A DNA stretch of 64,000 bases from Psammoneis japonica (lineage: Eukaryota), in assembly GCA_008632985.1 (NCBI GenBank), contig QPGO01000067.1, forward strand, positions 320,142 to 384,141. Direction: 5' to 3'. Made by a program: the position numbers and the translations under genes. Of the stretch, positions 39,029 to 51,929 are shown one piece after another. The first letter of the stretch is position 1; every line of letters starts with the position of its first letter. The notes beneath the pieces are model-generated. The model was not told where the DNA came from. It saw only the letters and a program-made list of their open reading frames with translations, and did no database searches.

Positions 39029-40129
39029 CTAGAGATTGTCCAGTTCGGAACTTGTCTGGAGTTTCTCGTCGAGAGTCTCCAACTCCTCCACGAGCTCGGC
39101 GTCGAGGATCTCAAGATTCTCTGAATTGGCACTGACGCCAATGGGCTCAAGCGCAAGAGCTTCCGCAGGAACAAGGTCTTCAGCTTCAGCCTCGGAGCTA
39201 TCTGCACCCTTTTCCTCGATTGCATCCAAAAGGTTCTGTGCCAAGTCTCCAAACTTATACTCGGCCTTGCCAGTGGCATCTTGGAGAGCCTTCTTGAAGA
39301 GAGTACCAACTTCAATGTCAGCATCTCCAAACAGAGCAGTCTTGGCCTGCTTGTCCATCTCGACCGCCATGACCCTCCTGGCTCGCTTGTCGAGCTCGAG
39401 TGATACGGCGCTGAGTACACCACGACCTCCCTCCTGAATAAGGGAAAAGTTGTAAAGCTGGATAAGCACATTAAGAGGAAAGATGCTCATAACAACGGGA
39501 TTCATGCCAAGTCCAAACGAGGTACAGAGGCGAAGTAGGTAAAGAGATCGCAATGCCATACTCGCGGTTCTTGAGGATGGACACGATCTCTTCCGTAGCA
39601 TGCTGCTGAATGGCTTGCATATCTTGATTGCTACCGTAGCGCTCCAACATTTCGTTGGCTCGCTTCTGGATCTCCGCACCGGCTACCTTGCTGGCTTCCT
39701 TGAGCTGGGCGACTTCATCACTCGAGACCACCGTCTCAGCGGCAGCAAAAGCCTCTCTAGCCTTGGCTTCGGCGGAAGCCACAAGCTTGCGGAAGTCAGT
39801 TTCTTCAGCCACGGAGAGATTCAGTTCCTCCAGGAGGCCCGGGCCTTCTTGTCGAGAAGGTTGGCGAGGTCTTCAAAATCCATGTCCCATTCTCTCTCGA
39901 TCAATTCGGCAACCTTGTCCTTGGCCTTGTCGGCAGCCGACTGGACGGCAGACGAGATACGATCAACGACGTCGCCCTCATCTTTGGGTGAGGATGCGAA
40001 CACCACAATATCCTTGCGGTGAGAACGAGTGCGGCAAAACGCTGGAGGTTGTTGCACAGTCCACGTTGCAAAGGCATCAGCTCCACCGACGACGGCTATG
40101 AGAAGAAAGACGGCTTTCTGTAGCATCAT
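39029..40129 (-). CDS. Hypothetical probably plastid-targeted protein
   Basis: Signal peptide ending GADAF; Ala/Glu-rich helical segments, YKFGD motif. Intron ~39438-39540 and a 1-nt frameshift near 39835. Confidence 0.6.
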
Positions 40130-40608
40130 TTTTGTGGTTTGTGGTGTCCGAAGATATTATTTGTCAAATCGCTTGTGATGACGGATGATTAATGTTTTGT
40201 TCTGTGCAGATGAAAGGTTTGGTGTCAACGATAGATGATGTGATATGTGAAAGATCTTGGATGGATCTTGATCTTCAATCGCGCAAATGATGACGTCATA
40301 TGCTCGTGAAAGATGACTGTGTATCTGTCAGCGGAAAACCGGAGCGATCGAAGCTCGCTCGAGCAACTCGACCCTTCCTCTCTAGCTACTCTCTACTCTC
40401 TAGATAGAGAGAGAGAGAAGCTACTTAGCTAGAGGCTAGCTACTCTAGCGAGAGCTATACTCTAGCTAGTCGTAGATAGTAGAGTCTACTGGCCTCGGAG
40501 CTAAGCTAGCTAACTCTCTAGCTAGAGGCGAATAGTAGAGTAGAGAAAATTTGAAGCTGTGTAACGCGCAGATATATATTGTTAATTGTGTGATTACTTT
40601 TCGGTTAA

Positions 40609-43297
40609 CTATGAAGATGAAAAAGTATTTTGCTGTTGCGTTATACATGTTTGTTGAGATGATGCTTGTGAGTTTGATGTCAGCACTTCATGGATCAAGG
40701 TCATACACGTGAGTGAGTTCTGGATCAGTTTGGGTCCCCTCTGATAAAGAATTATGACGCCTCTATGGTTCGACAGCTGCAGTGGTGAACCTCGCTGAGG
40801 TGTTCCCAGTGCCAAACCAGAAACCTTGACTTGCCCTGCGAAACCTCCACGCCTTGGCTCGGGGCGGCTGTCACTTCTTCGATGAACAGCAAAAACTTTC
40901 GGTCCAAAGATAAGCCCAAGCGTGCTCATTGGAAACGTCCAGATCAGAATCGAATAACCAATGTAGCGCCCATCCTATTTCCAAAAGGGACAAAAATTGA
41001 GAGATAATTGCAAGCAAAGATAAGAAATGACCAGCATGACTTACAGTCGACACGTCATACAGCAGTGGTATCATAGGGAGGGAAAATAAGAGCACCTCGA
41101 GTTGAATCAATACCATAACGAAGATCCAGCGTGATTCCGAGAAAGCGTCATCGACATCCTTCGTTTTCCACGCCATGTAGAAAGTTAGCAGCGTCGGAAT
41201 GAGCAGGATGAACACAAGCGGAAGGATAAAAGCGATAGCTTCGTCTGACTTGCATTGCCCAATACTCTCGCCAGTTATCACATTAGTCTCGGTGCGAACC
41301 CAAGTCAGGCTATCCAGTCCTGTCCAAAGGCATAACACTACGAGGGCAGCGGCAGCGCAAAGAGCTGAAGGCCAGGCAACGTGGACCATATCAACCCTTC
41401 TCCGCGCAAACTGAAGCACTCTGTTGACACGCCAGAGCTTGCTAAAGAGACCTCCGTAAGTAAAAATGTGACCGAGGGAGGAGAGCCACGGTGTCGCCAT
41501 GCAAGCCCTGCTGAGTTGCTCTTCTGACCACCCGTAGCTTTCATCGAACGAAATTGTAATGATAGCAGAGACAGACACAGTGGCACCGAGACATATCAAG
41601 TAGAGGAAATATGGCTGGGCTGCCTTAACGTAACGGTGCTCACGATATACGTAGACCCAGACCGTAGAAGCAAGTGCCGCAGTCACCGCGATGCCGACGA
41701 AAGTAAACCCAAGTACTCGAACGCCTTTGCTCAGATAGTTCTGTTCCGGTACGTCACGAAGAAGATCTGGAGGCACAGTGCGACCATCAGCATATTCGGT
41801 GGGGTGGATAAATAGAAATGTGCCGTTGGTGTTCGGGTCTATAGGGCGAGGAATCTCTTTATACAGGAGACTGTTGTTGGGAAAGATGAAGTCTGAGGAC
41901 ACTTCTGGGAAGTAAAATATCTCTGCCAGCTCCCATGGATCATCACTACCACTAGGAGGATAGTTATTGAGGACACCCCAGATAGAGCTTTTGGGGTGCC
42001 TTGCTCCCCTCAAGCTACATTCGGTTTCGTCACAGAAACGAACGACACCCGACGCACCTGTGAAATTGACAGAGCGAATTCCTCTTACAAACGGATCAAT
42101 CGGTATATCCTCCGTACGGTTTGTTGAGGCCCAAGCTAAGCATGCTCCGATCCCTGTTGCCATAATCGCATCATACAAAAATGCCGATCCGTATTCTGGC
42201 ATGTTCTTGTAAAAGTAGTCTCCCTCAGCCTGAAACTGTCCTGGGATGCTGGGTATTGCTCGGTTAAGCTCATTCGCTTCTGCCGGGCCTCGACTCTTCC
42301 AAGAGCGCAGGAACGGATCGTGATCTTCCCCCAGGTGATAACCTTCAAAGGGTGTGATCCACACACTTCCTGTCAAAAACTCCTTGACGATGGGTTCAGT
42401 TTTGCCATAAAAAGGATCGTAGTTACCGAACCAAATCCACATGTAATCCCCATTTGTCAGTCCCATTTCAACCGCCTCTTTAGCCAGGAGCGGGATTTCA
42501 TCGACCGGTAGCTCTGGCGCAATAACAATGGTGCGATAACCGGAATCGAGAACGCCTTGAAAAGCTTTGCGAATAGTCCTCTCGTCACTGGCGGCGGGGC
42601 TTCGTAATGGCGAGTTGTAAGCAAACGCTCGATTCTCAATTTTCGCTGAGTCCAGTAAGATCTGCACAGTTTCGCGTCTGTAGGTCCCCGTCTCTGTGAG
42701 GGCATAAACAAAGGCAATGTAGTCCGTCCGACCTTTGTGCAGCAAATAGTATGAAAGCAACGTAGCACTAGAAAGGAGTTCCGGAAATATCATTGACGTG
42801 TAAGGTGACGTTTGATCAAGGGCCCGCATACTGAAGGCGCGATGAGCCGTGATTGGAAACTTGAGGGCCGCCGCCATGGTGGAGAGCTCCAATGTCGGTT
42901 GGTCGTGAAAGGCGCCGGCTACAGCGCATGGGAGCTCAGGCTGTGCAAGCAACGTTTCGGCAGCTAAATGGCTGTAGGAGCCCGTATCAAATATCTTCGA
43001 GTTTTCAAATTGTACAGGGCAATTGCGAAACTGCGCCAATTCCGAAATAACAGATGTGTTGCGACTATTGAAATGATCAATCGCCATAAGAGCTGCAGCG
43101 GCATGAGATACGCCCAAGTTGTTGCATTTTCCACACACGAAAGAATCATATGATTCATTCCCAAAGGTGAACGGAACAAACGTGAAAAGGTTGCACGAGC
43201 CATTCGCCGGAAGATTGGCTTTTACCAAGCCGATGCCGACGGCAGCAAGCAAGAAAGTGATGGTTCGAATGCCAAGATCAAATAACCTTGTCTTCAT
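40609..43297 (-). CDS. Class C (GABA-B-like) GPCR: Venus-flytrap domain + 7TM, paralogue 1
   Basis: AALMAIDHFN, YDAIMA, FTGASG, VKAAQPYFLYLICLG, LFSKLWRV, AFSESRWI. Intron after YDVST (~40977-41044); last exon LIFGPKV. C-terminal end uncertain. Confidence 0.88.
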
Positions 43298-43750
43298 TGC
43301 AACTCAAAATGACATGATCGATGCTTTGGTGTCAAACTTGATTCGTTCATGGTTTCTGCAACTTCGAGAGGGACGACCTGGATGATGATTCGTGTGAAAA
43401 CAACACGAGCGAAAAAAATGAGAACCCGTCGATCGCTGATCGCGCGCGCAATGTGACGACTGGTGACGTCGTCAGGACTTACCACTTCGTCTGTCCGACT
43501 GCCTACACTCAGAGGTGGACCTCTTTTGGTGCCTTACTTCTCCCTACTAGTAGACCCATCGAGGGAGGATTAGGAATGGCGCTACGAGAGCCAATCAGAA
43601 TTCAGCATTTGGGATTTCTACTTATAGGGGGCCCTCGGAAAGTCGAGGACTTTCCGACTAATTAATTAACATTTTTTCGGAAAATCTGACGCAATCATTT
43701 ATAGATGAGGAGGCTGAGACAACTCTCCAAAATCAGACACAAGAATCAAA

Positions 43751-46700
43751 ATGATGCGGAGACCGAAATCATCTTCTTTTCGCGCCACGGAAAAACACAA
43801 CAACACAGACTTCTGTCGCGATGAGAAAAATTCTCTCACAAAAAAACCCACGAGAGAGAAAAGTACAATCTCTACTGGTGCTTCGATGATGACCGACGTT
43901 GAAGAAGAATCAGCTCCACTAAAAGTGGCTACACAGCAGCAGCTGCATCCTTTCTTTATCAACATGGGCATTCAATCCCAGAAGCGCAAAGGCTCCATTA
44001 AAACGAGCAAAAGTCAAGCGCAGACACGTAAGAAGCGCACGCAACAGAGCGATTTAAGTGGGCGCAAGGTGCCAAGAGTAGACGACGGAACAAAGAAATG
44101 CAAGAGGTGTGAGAATGGGCCTACATACCATCATGGTCACGATCCCACGTGCAAGTTTTCGAAACGATACATGCAAATCAATGTCACCGCGGCTACGAAA
44201 GATGCAGAGCGACGGGAAAAAGAGCTCCATGAAAAGAACAATACGATCCCAGCCGCCCCACAGAAAGGAGTTTCTACCATGGAAGACCATTTTGAAATTA
44301 AAGAATCAAACAGTCGAGCTCCATTGCCTCCTCCCGGTGATTCAAACTTTTGCAAGCCCGTGAATCTGGGAGCGTCCAGTTCTACCGTCGCAAGCAACCC
44401 GAATCTTTTTGATGCCGCAAGGAATACAAAATTCTCGGTTGAGACGTTGAAAAAAGAGATTCGAGCACGAGTGAAAAAGTATGAGAACTCGGAGGAGAAG
44501 ACAAAGTGCCCGGCTGCAGTGAGTGCTCTTATCAGTTATCTGTTGGATTCTGTCAAGCCCAGATTTGATCAGGGCAGCAACACGTATCCTGTTGCTACAG
44601 CAAAAAGCACTAAGCTCAAAGAGATTCTGGAGGTCAAGGATGGTACCTTTCCGCCTGGTACAATATCGTTTCAAGTTCCCAAGGATGACTGCACTTCACC
44701 GCCTGATTATTACTACCACCAGCTGCAGGGTATGATAATATACATCGTTTGTTGGGAGCTGAATTGTCCTAACATCTACATTTCCTGTATTGACGGAGAG
44801 TGTGACGGGGAGATGATTCATGACCGTATGGACTTTACTCGATACGGTGGGGCGACGCCAATATATTGCATCAGCGGTAAGACTCATGTGGCAGTGTCAA
44901 TGTGGTATGAGTGCAACAAATGCAAGACGCGATGCAAGGGCAACGACGGTCGACTGCTACACAAGTTACCAAAAAGCCTTCAATCATCGTATCCAACTGA
45001 GCCAAAGTATGCCAGCGCAACCAACAAATGGCACCTTACAAGGGAAACCACAAGGCTATTTGAATCCTTTCTTGTCACGTACGCAAACGGCGATAAGTTT
45101 TCTCACACGCTACACCAGATGCGAGCTGCCTATTTCGAGGATCTCCAGAAAGAGTATTATCAACGAGCCAACGATGAATCAGGTGACTGGATATCTTTCT
45201 ACGAGTGGATTGGCAGCTACAGTCCATCAGGTTCTGCGATTCTTGATCTTTATGATGAATCTGGCGCATCAGAATTGACAGCTCTTGATACGTCATCATA
45301 CTCCAGATGTACAAGATTGATCCAGATGGTGGGAGCATCAATGAGCGTGGCTTCTGACCACACTTTTCAAATTCTCAAGAATTATACAAAGAAAGGTGGT
45401 GGAGCGGCGGCAGGACTATTTACTATGTGCAACGAAAAGGGACAGGTTGGAGTTGCTTGTCTGACACCGACGTTGGAAGCAAAAGATTTTGCTCACGCAG
45501 CCGAGCAGTTCGCGAGGCGAAAGAACGTGCGTCCAAAAATCCATTACAGCGACACTTGGCCGAATAAGTCATCGTTATGGAAGGTGTTATTTGGAGGTTA
45601 CATAGTATGCCGTTTGGGTCTCTTTCACTGGATGCACCGTATTGTACAGACACTTCGAAAAGACCACGTCGACTATCATCAAGCAGTTCGGGACCTTCGA
45701 GCTACAGTTTCATACACCGAGTGGTCGGACCGCCAAGCAGTAATACAAGCCCTCAAGGATGGAACTCTCAATGGCAAAAAGCACACGGATGCAGAAATAG
45801 ATGAGATCATCCATTCTTCCAGGTGGAAGCACTACTCAGAATACATGCGCATTTGGAGGCATCCGCTGGAAAAGAGAATCAGCTTGCTTGACGATTGGCA
45901 CGCCCGATATAAGTGTACGGCTTCTGATGGATCGCGACCCGCTGGGGGACGTCTTGATCCAAACAGTGGTTTGACACTCTTTACAAGTGATACAAAGGAT
46001 GCCGTGGCAAATGGAAGAGAAACATCCAAGGGATTGGACGTTCCAGTGCCAAAGTCAGAGCAGTACTGGCCAGTGGCTCCATCGCTCCGTTCAAGAGCGA
46101 AGCTGGTGAAGTGGCGGACATTACTCGGGCCGGAGTCAAAGTTGGAAAAGGCTCATGATTCGCTGGCTCATTATGGGAACTGTGGGATGCGAGATTCATT
46201 GATGGATTTGATCACTCTGGAAGGTTTGGTTCTCTACAACGCTACAATTGAAGAAAAGGAACGCGTTGAACGAATGAATCCAGAGACTCGAGCAAAGATT
46301 CCATACGATTTTCGGGGTGTGGTTACTCATCGGAACGTGCTCAATCTAATCGAAATCAACAAGCTAGCAACAAAGAAGGGGAAGAAAGCGCCCTATCCAG
46401 ATGTAAGGGAACTCGAGGCGGACACCGGCGAGCGTTTTCTGTCCAAGTACCTGCGGGAGCAGAATGCTAGAAATGAAACAATTACTCCACACCCGGAGAC
46501 GGATCGATGTATGTGCAATATCTGTGGGACAAAGCCAGTGACAAATCCATACAAGCGAACAACAAGATCAGTTGTTGGAAACGGCAACGATGGAGAAACT
46601 ACAGCAGTGGCAAGCGTTCGACCGGCTAGTGGTTTTGTGGAAATTGTGGCGGCTCCTCAGGTGGGGGTTGAATCTATGTGTGTGAATGACACACCATTAC

Positions 46701-47014
46701 TTAACGCGGCTCACGTTCGAGTCGAGGAGCAGTTCAACATGTTGCAAGCCGTGAGAAGCGCCCTGTCACAACAAGTTGCCATTGCATCGAGCATGAGCGC
46801 ATCCCTCCCATCTGTTCCATATCAAGTGCAACCGGCTCTTTCAAATCTTAATGATCTGATACGGGATCAGAGGAAGCAAGACATTGATCCATACTGTTGT
46901 CCTGTCTTCCTACAATACAAGCTGCAGCAAAGCTACAGTGTGACGGGGTGCCGACCAAGAGGTCGACCAGCGCATTCTAAGGATTGCCCAAAGAGACAGC
47001 AGTCAAGGAGGTAG
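43751..47014 (+). mobile_element. Intact 1087-aa putative DDE transposase (MULE-like catalytic signature; family not assigned)
   Basis: Intronless ORF with Cys/His clusters (CKRC..HHGH..C; YECNKC), SDHTF..NEKGQV, YSDTWP, LGLFHWMHRI (xxH motif), LEKAH and a C-terminal CC..GRPAH..C. No TIRs or TSD found. Confidence 0.65.
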
Positions 47015-48564
47015 ATGTTATCATTACTAGGCATACTTTATGTATTACTACTTTTGTTGACATTCTCGTGAGATAGCTACTACTCGTAGAAGCGATCTAG
47101 CCTAGAGACGCACAGTAGTGTTTTCGAAACAGAGCTGAGTTTCCATGAGTTACGAATTCACTATTTTATTTCTTATCTACCACACTTCTATAACTATTGG
47201 TTGTTGTGTCCTCCACATACTTCATCACAATACCACACTCAAATGCCACCTTTCAAGGGCAGGTGAACCCTATCGCAACGGAGATTCGGGTCTGCGGCGG
47301 TTGAAGGCACTCCCGTCCTTGGAAGCACCAGTCAACGCCTCACCGGGGGGCAACCCCTTGGCTCTCGTTGGCCGTCTCAATGTTCAGAGGTGGGGCCACA
47401 TGAACATTATTGCAGAAAAAAAATTACCGAGGCGCTGCTGCAGTCAGCAACCTCGGCAGTAGCCCGTGTTATTTAAAGACGAGGGCAACCTCGTCTGCCG
47501 CTTATACACGGACTTTTCCAAAAGTGGTAGATTGTAGATTACCAGCCAAAACAAACCACACCCACAACCAACATGTGACATCCATTCCATCATATCCCGG
47601 TCAACAGCGCTTGTGGTACCGCCGCACTCAGCAATTCCAATGAACCCTGAAAAGCCACCACTCCAACAACTTCTAAAGCCTCGTCAACGAAGGGTGAACA
47701 CTCGGCTGAAGCCAAAAAGGCAACAATACAAAGCATCAGCATGAGAGACGCCATGAATGATCAATGCTTAAAGGAGGGCTCTTCAATCTGTCAAGAACGA
47801 ACAGAAATTGCAACGCAAGAGCGGTGAGAGACGAGTTCAAAAAATGGAAAAAGTACCAAGCATTTCTTATCCATTTTTCACGTTTTTCATACATCTCTTT
47901 TCGTATATTCATTCATCAGAGAGAGTTTTAATGCGTGCTTTGTTGTCACAACAGTATCACAAGTGACGGCGACAATTTCGACTACCGGCTCTTGCAGGTC
48001 TCATGGTCGATTTTTTGTGTGGTGTCGGAGGGAAACTCCTGAATTGCGTAGATTTCTACGTAAAATTCATACTAGAGATACTTCAACACTACAATGTCTC
48101 GATCTGTGTCACCACACCAAATTACTTCAACATGGGAGCACCCGGAGATCTGACACATCGGGTGGTGAAACGGGAGAAAGAATTGACGATGGCTCTTCAA
48201 ACCACTTCTGCCTTTTAGATCAAGCTCGCTGCCCTCGCAACCCCTTCCTCTCTCCTTCCTTTCTCTCCTCCTCCTCCTTCTTTCTCCTCTCCCCTCCCCC
48301 CCTCTCTTGGAGTCACTAACCCCCCCAAAATCACCCATAGTAGAGAGGGCCCTACTTTCTCTAGCACAAGAGAGTCGTCGAGAGAGAGTCCTCAGTATCT
48401 GTTTTCGTTCGACGCGACAGTGAGACCACTGCATCCACCTGCAATGAAATCACAATTAATAGCTCGACCTCCATGACAAACCAGAGAACTGCAGTAGGAG
48501 CGCGCCACATCCCTGCTATTGATCCAGTCCTGCGTGTACCGACTGTGAGTAAGAGTGCTTTGCG

Positions 48565-51189
48565 TTACATCTTTTCGGGCGCGTCAGGCTCTCTTGGATA
48601 CGTTTGGACCCCTTCTGATTGGGAATTGTGACTACTAGTATGACTGTGCCTCACAATCGAGCCTGCGGAGGTCGAACCTTGCTGAGGAGTCCCCTCGTTG
48701 GTCATTCCGGATATCTTGACGGCACCTGTGAACCCCCCTCGTTTCTTCTCGCCCTGAGCGTCATTTCTTCGATGGACAGCGAACACTTTCGGGCCAACTA
48801 TAAGGCACAATGTGCTCATTGGGAACGTCCAGATCAAAAGCGAATAACCAATGTATCGTCCGTCCTAAAGGAAACAGTTTCAAAATGAAGTCAGATCTTC
48901 AATCGAAGCACGTAGATTAAGAATATTTTGTCAACTTACGGTTGAAACGTCGTAAAGCAAAGGTATCATTGGGAGAGCAAACAAGAGGACCTCGAGTTGA
49001 ACCAGTACCATTACGAAGATCCAGCGTGATTCCGAGAAAGCGTCATCGACATCCTTCGTTTTCCACGCCATGTAGAAAGTTAGAAGTGTTGGTACGAGCA
49101 GGATGAATACAAGCGGAATGATGAAAGCGATAGCTTCGTTCGACTTGCACTGCCCAATACTCTCGCCTGTTATAAAATTAGTCTCGGTTCGAACCCAGGT
49201 GAGGCTATCGAGCCCTGTCCAAAGACCCAACACTAGGAGGGCGGCGGCTGCCAACACCGCCGAGGGCCAGGCAACGTGAATGACATCAACCTTGCGCCGA
49301 GCAAACTGCAGAACTTTGTTAACTCGCCAGAGCTTGCTAAAAAGACCTCCGTACGTTAGAATATGTCCCAGGGAGGACAGCCACGGTGTCGCCATGCAAG
49401 CTCGGCTAAGTTGCTCTTTTGACCATCCGTAGCTTTCGTCGAACGAAATTGTAATAATCGCGGAGACTGACACTGTGGCACCAAGACAGATCAAATAGAG
49501 AAAGTGCGGTTGAGCTGCCCTGACATAACGATGCTTACGGTAAATAAAAACCCAGACCGCAGACGCAACTGCCGTAGCCATTGCAATTCCGACGAAAGCT
49601 AAACCAACCGCCCGAACGCCTCGGCTGAGGTAATTCTGTTCAGGTGTGTCTCGAAGCAGATCTGGAGGCACGGTGCGACCATCAGCATATACAGTGTCAC
49701 TAATGTGCAGAAAAGTACCTTCGGGGTTTGGGTCTTTTGGAGGTGTAAAGTAATCGTACAGAGTGCCATTCGGAAAGATAAAATCTGTTGACACTTCCGG
49801 TACGTAAAAAACCTCCGCCAGAGTCCAAATGTCCTCGATATCGATCCCGGGTGGGAAGTTGTTGAGAATACCCCAGATTGATGTTGCCGGGTGCCTTGCT
49901 CCCCGCAAGCTACATTGCCTTTCGTCGCAGAAGCGAACTACGCCAGACGCACCGGTGAAGCGAGCAGAACGAATTCCTTGCACGAAGGTGTCGATAGGTA
50001 TGTCGTCCGTTCCGTTTGCAGAAGCCCAAGCCAAGCATGCACCTATCCCAGTAGATATGACGGCATCGTACACGAACGAAGTCCCCCATTCGGGATATAA
50101 CTTGACAAAAAAGTCATCCTCTGCTTCAAACTTTCCTGGAAAGTCAGGAACAGCAAGGTTGAGCTTTTCTACTTCAGCTGGGCCTTGACTCCACCAAGCT
50201 CGTAGGAATGGATCTTTCTCTTGACCCAAGTAATATCCTTGCAACGGAGTTATGAAGATACTTCCCGCCAGGAACTTTCTTATTGAGGGATCATTGTCTT
50301 CGAAATATGGATCGTAGTCTCCAAACCAAACCCACATGTAATCCCCATTTGTGAGACCCATATCCACTGCTTCCTTCGCCAGTAGCGGGATCTCAATAGT
50401 CGGAAGCTCCGTTGCAACAACAATGGTACGATATCCAGAATCAATAACACCTTGCAAAGCTCTTCGAATAGTCCTTTGGTCACTGGTTGCTGGGCTAGCT
50501 AACGAATTATACGGAAAAGCTTGGTTATCAATACCATGCTCATCCAGCAAGATTTGGACTGTCTCGCGTTTGTAAATACCAGTTTCAGTGAGCGCGAAAA
50601 CAAACGCTACAAAATCGGTTCGACCTTTGTAGAGCAGATACCTTGTCAGTACCGCGGCACTCGTGATGATTTCCGGGAAGACCTGCGAAGTGTATGGTGA
50701 CGTTCGATCAAGTGCCCGAAGACTGAAAGCCCTGTAAGCAGTGACTGGGAACTTGAGCGCCGCAGCCAAGGTAGATAGTTCCAAAGTTGGCTGGTCATGA
50801 AAGCCCCCTGCTACAGCGCATGGGGTTTCAGGCTGTGCCAGCAATGTCTCCGCAGCCTTATTTGTATAAGAACCGGTGTCGAATATCTTGGAATTCTCAA
50901 ACTGCACAGGGCAATCGCGAAACTGCGCAAGTTCTGGGACAACAGAAGTGTTGCGACTATTGAAGTGATCAATCGCCATAAGAGCTGCAGCGGCATGGGA
51001 CATACCAACATTGCCACATTCACCGCAATCAAAAGAATAATACGGTACTTTTCCGAAGGTGAAAGGTACAAATGTGTATAGGTTGCACGAACCATTTCTT
51101 GGTAAGATCGCCTCTACACCGATAAGCGTGCATATTCCGATAATCGTTCGCATCACTTGGCACCGCAACGACGACTTCATTGCCGGCAT
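48565..51189 (-). CDS. Class C (GABA-B-like) GPCR, paralogue 2
   Basis: Collinear with 40609-43297 and highly similar to it. Same intron position after YDVST (~48867-48939); last exon ends APEKM*. Confidence 0.9.
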
Positions 51190-51929
51190 TCTTTCTTTGA
51201 CAGATTGAAGATGTTTTCCTTCTCACTCTCGCCAACTTTCTTGTACCGTACTTACAGTACAGTACAGTACAGTAGGGCTACCGGTACTACTGTGCTCGAG
51301 TCGGACGAATCATTCGACTGAATGAATGACGTCTGCTGTTTTTGTCATTTTGCTTCTTTTTGTGCTTTCTTGTTTTTTGGATTTTTCGCTCTCAAATGGT
51401 CGAATTGTCACAGCTTTGACCTTCAGACTAACCAAGGGACTGACGCTTCAACAGCCCATGACATTTGGTGCTGCTGTCAAGAGCATCATTTCTTTTTAAT
51501 CACACCAAGAATGAGTGTGGCTGTGCAGGTTTTTCACCACACCACTTTTGTCTCGTCATGGCGATCATGTCTCTTGGCTCTGCTTGCTGGCAAAAAAATG
51601 TTTGGGAGAGCAGCCTGCATCTCTTTGTCTGGAGTGCCCATGTCTTCACACCTCCAGCCACTCTGGCTGCAGTGTGTCATGTCATGAACAACACAACACC
51701 ATGAGAAGATGACAATCTCTCTTGCACCAATGCAGAGAAGGCCAGCACAGCAACGAGCGGCTCTTTCTTTAGGAGGTTGCTGATCATCAGGCCGTTCGGA
51801 AAAGGCAACCCCAGTCCATGGGTGCAACAAAGTCACTGTGGCTGCTGCTGTTGCTGCAGCAGTTGAGAGTGTGTGTTTTCCAAATGATGAGCATGTTGTG
51901 TTGATTCCAAGCCGTTCCCCAGTCGCCCA

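Noticed and set aside
7560..39840. Frameshifts in many host genes (bestrophin ~7590, redoxin ~11050, PDAT ~13660, proteases ~17555/18550/24535, EamA ~35490, ~39835) as pseudogenisation or programmed frameshifting
   Set aside because: Those I could reconstruct are mostly single missing bases in short homopolymers, with intact motifs on both sides. This is typical of long-read consensus error. Needs read or RNA-seq confirmation.
48241..48330. Polypyrimidine tract and Arg/Gly-rich ORF 48072-48434
   Set aside because: Low-complexity sequence with no evidence of coding or specific function.
43440..48560. Terminal inverted repeats/TSD for the transposase element
   Set aside because: No convincing inverted match between the flanks. 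The shared gggccc core also occurs in unrelated intergenic tracts.
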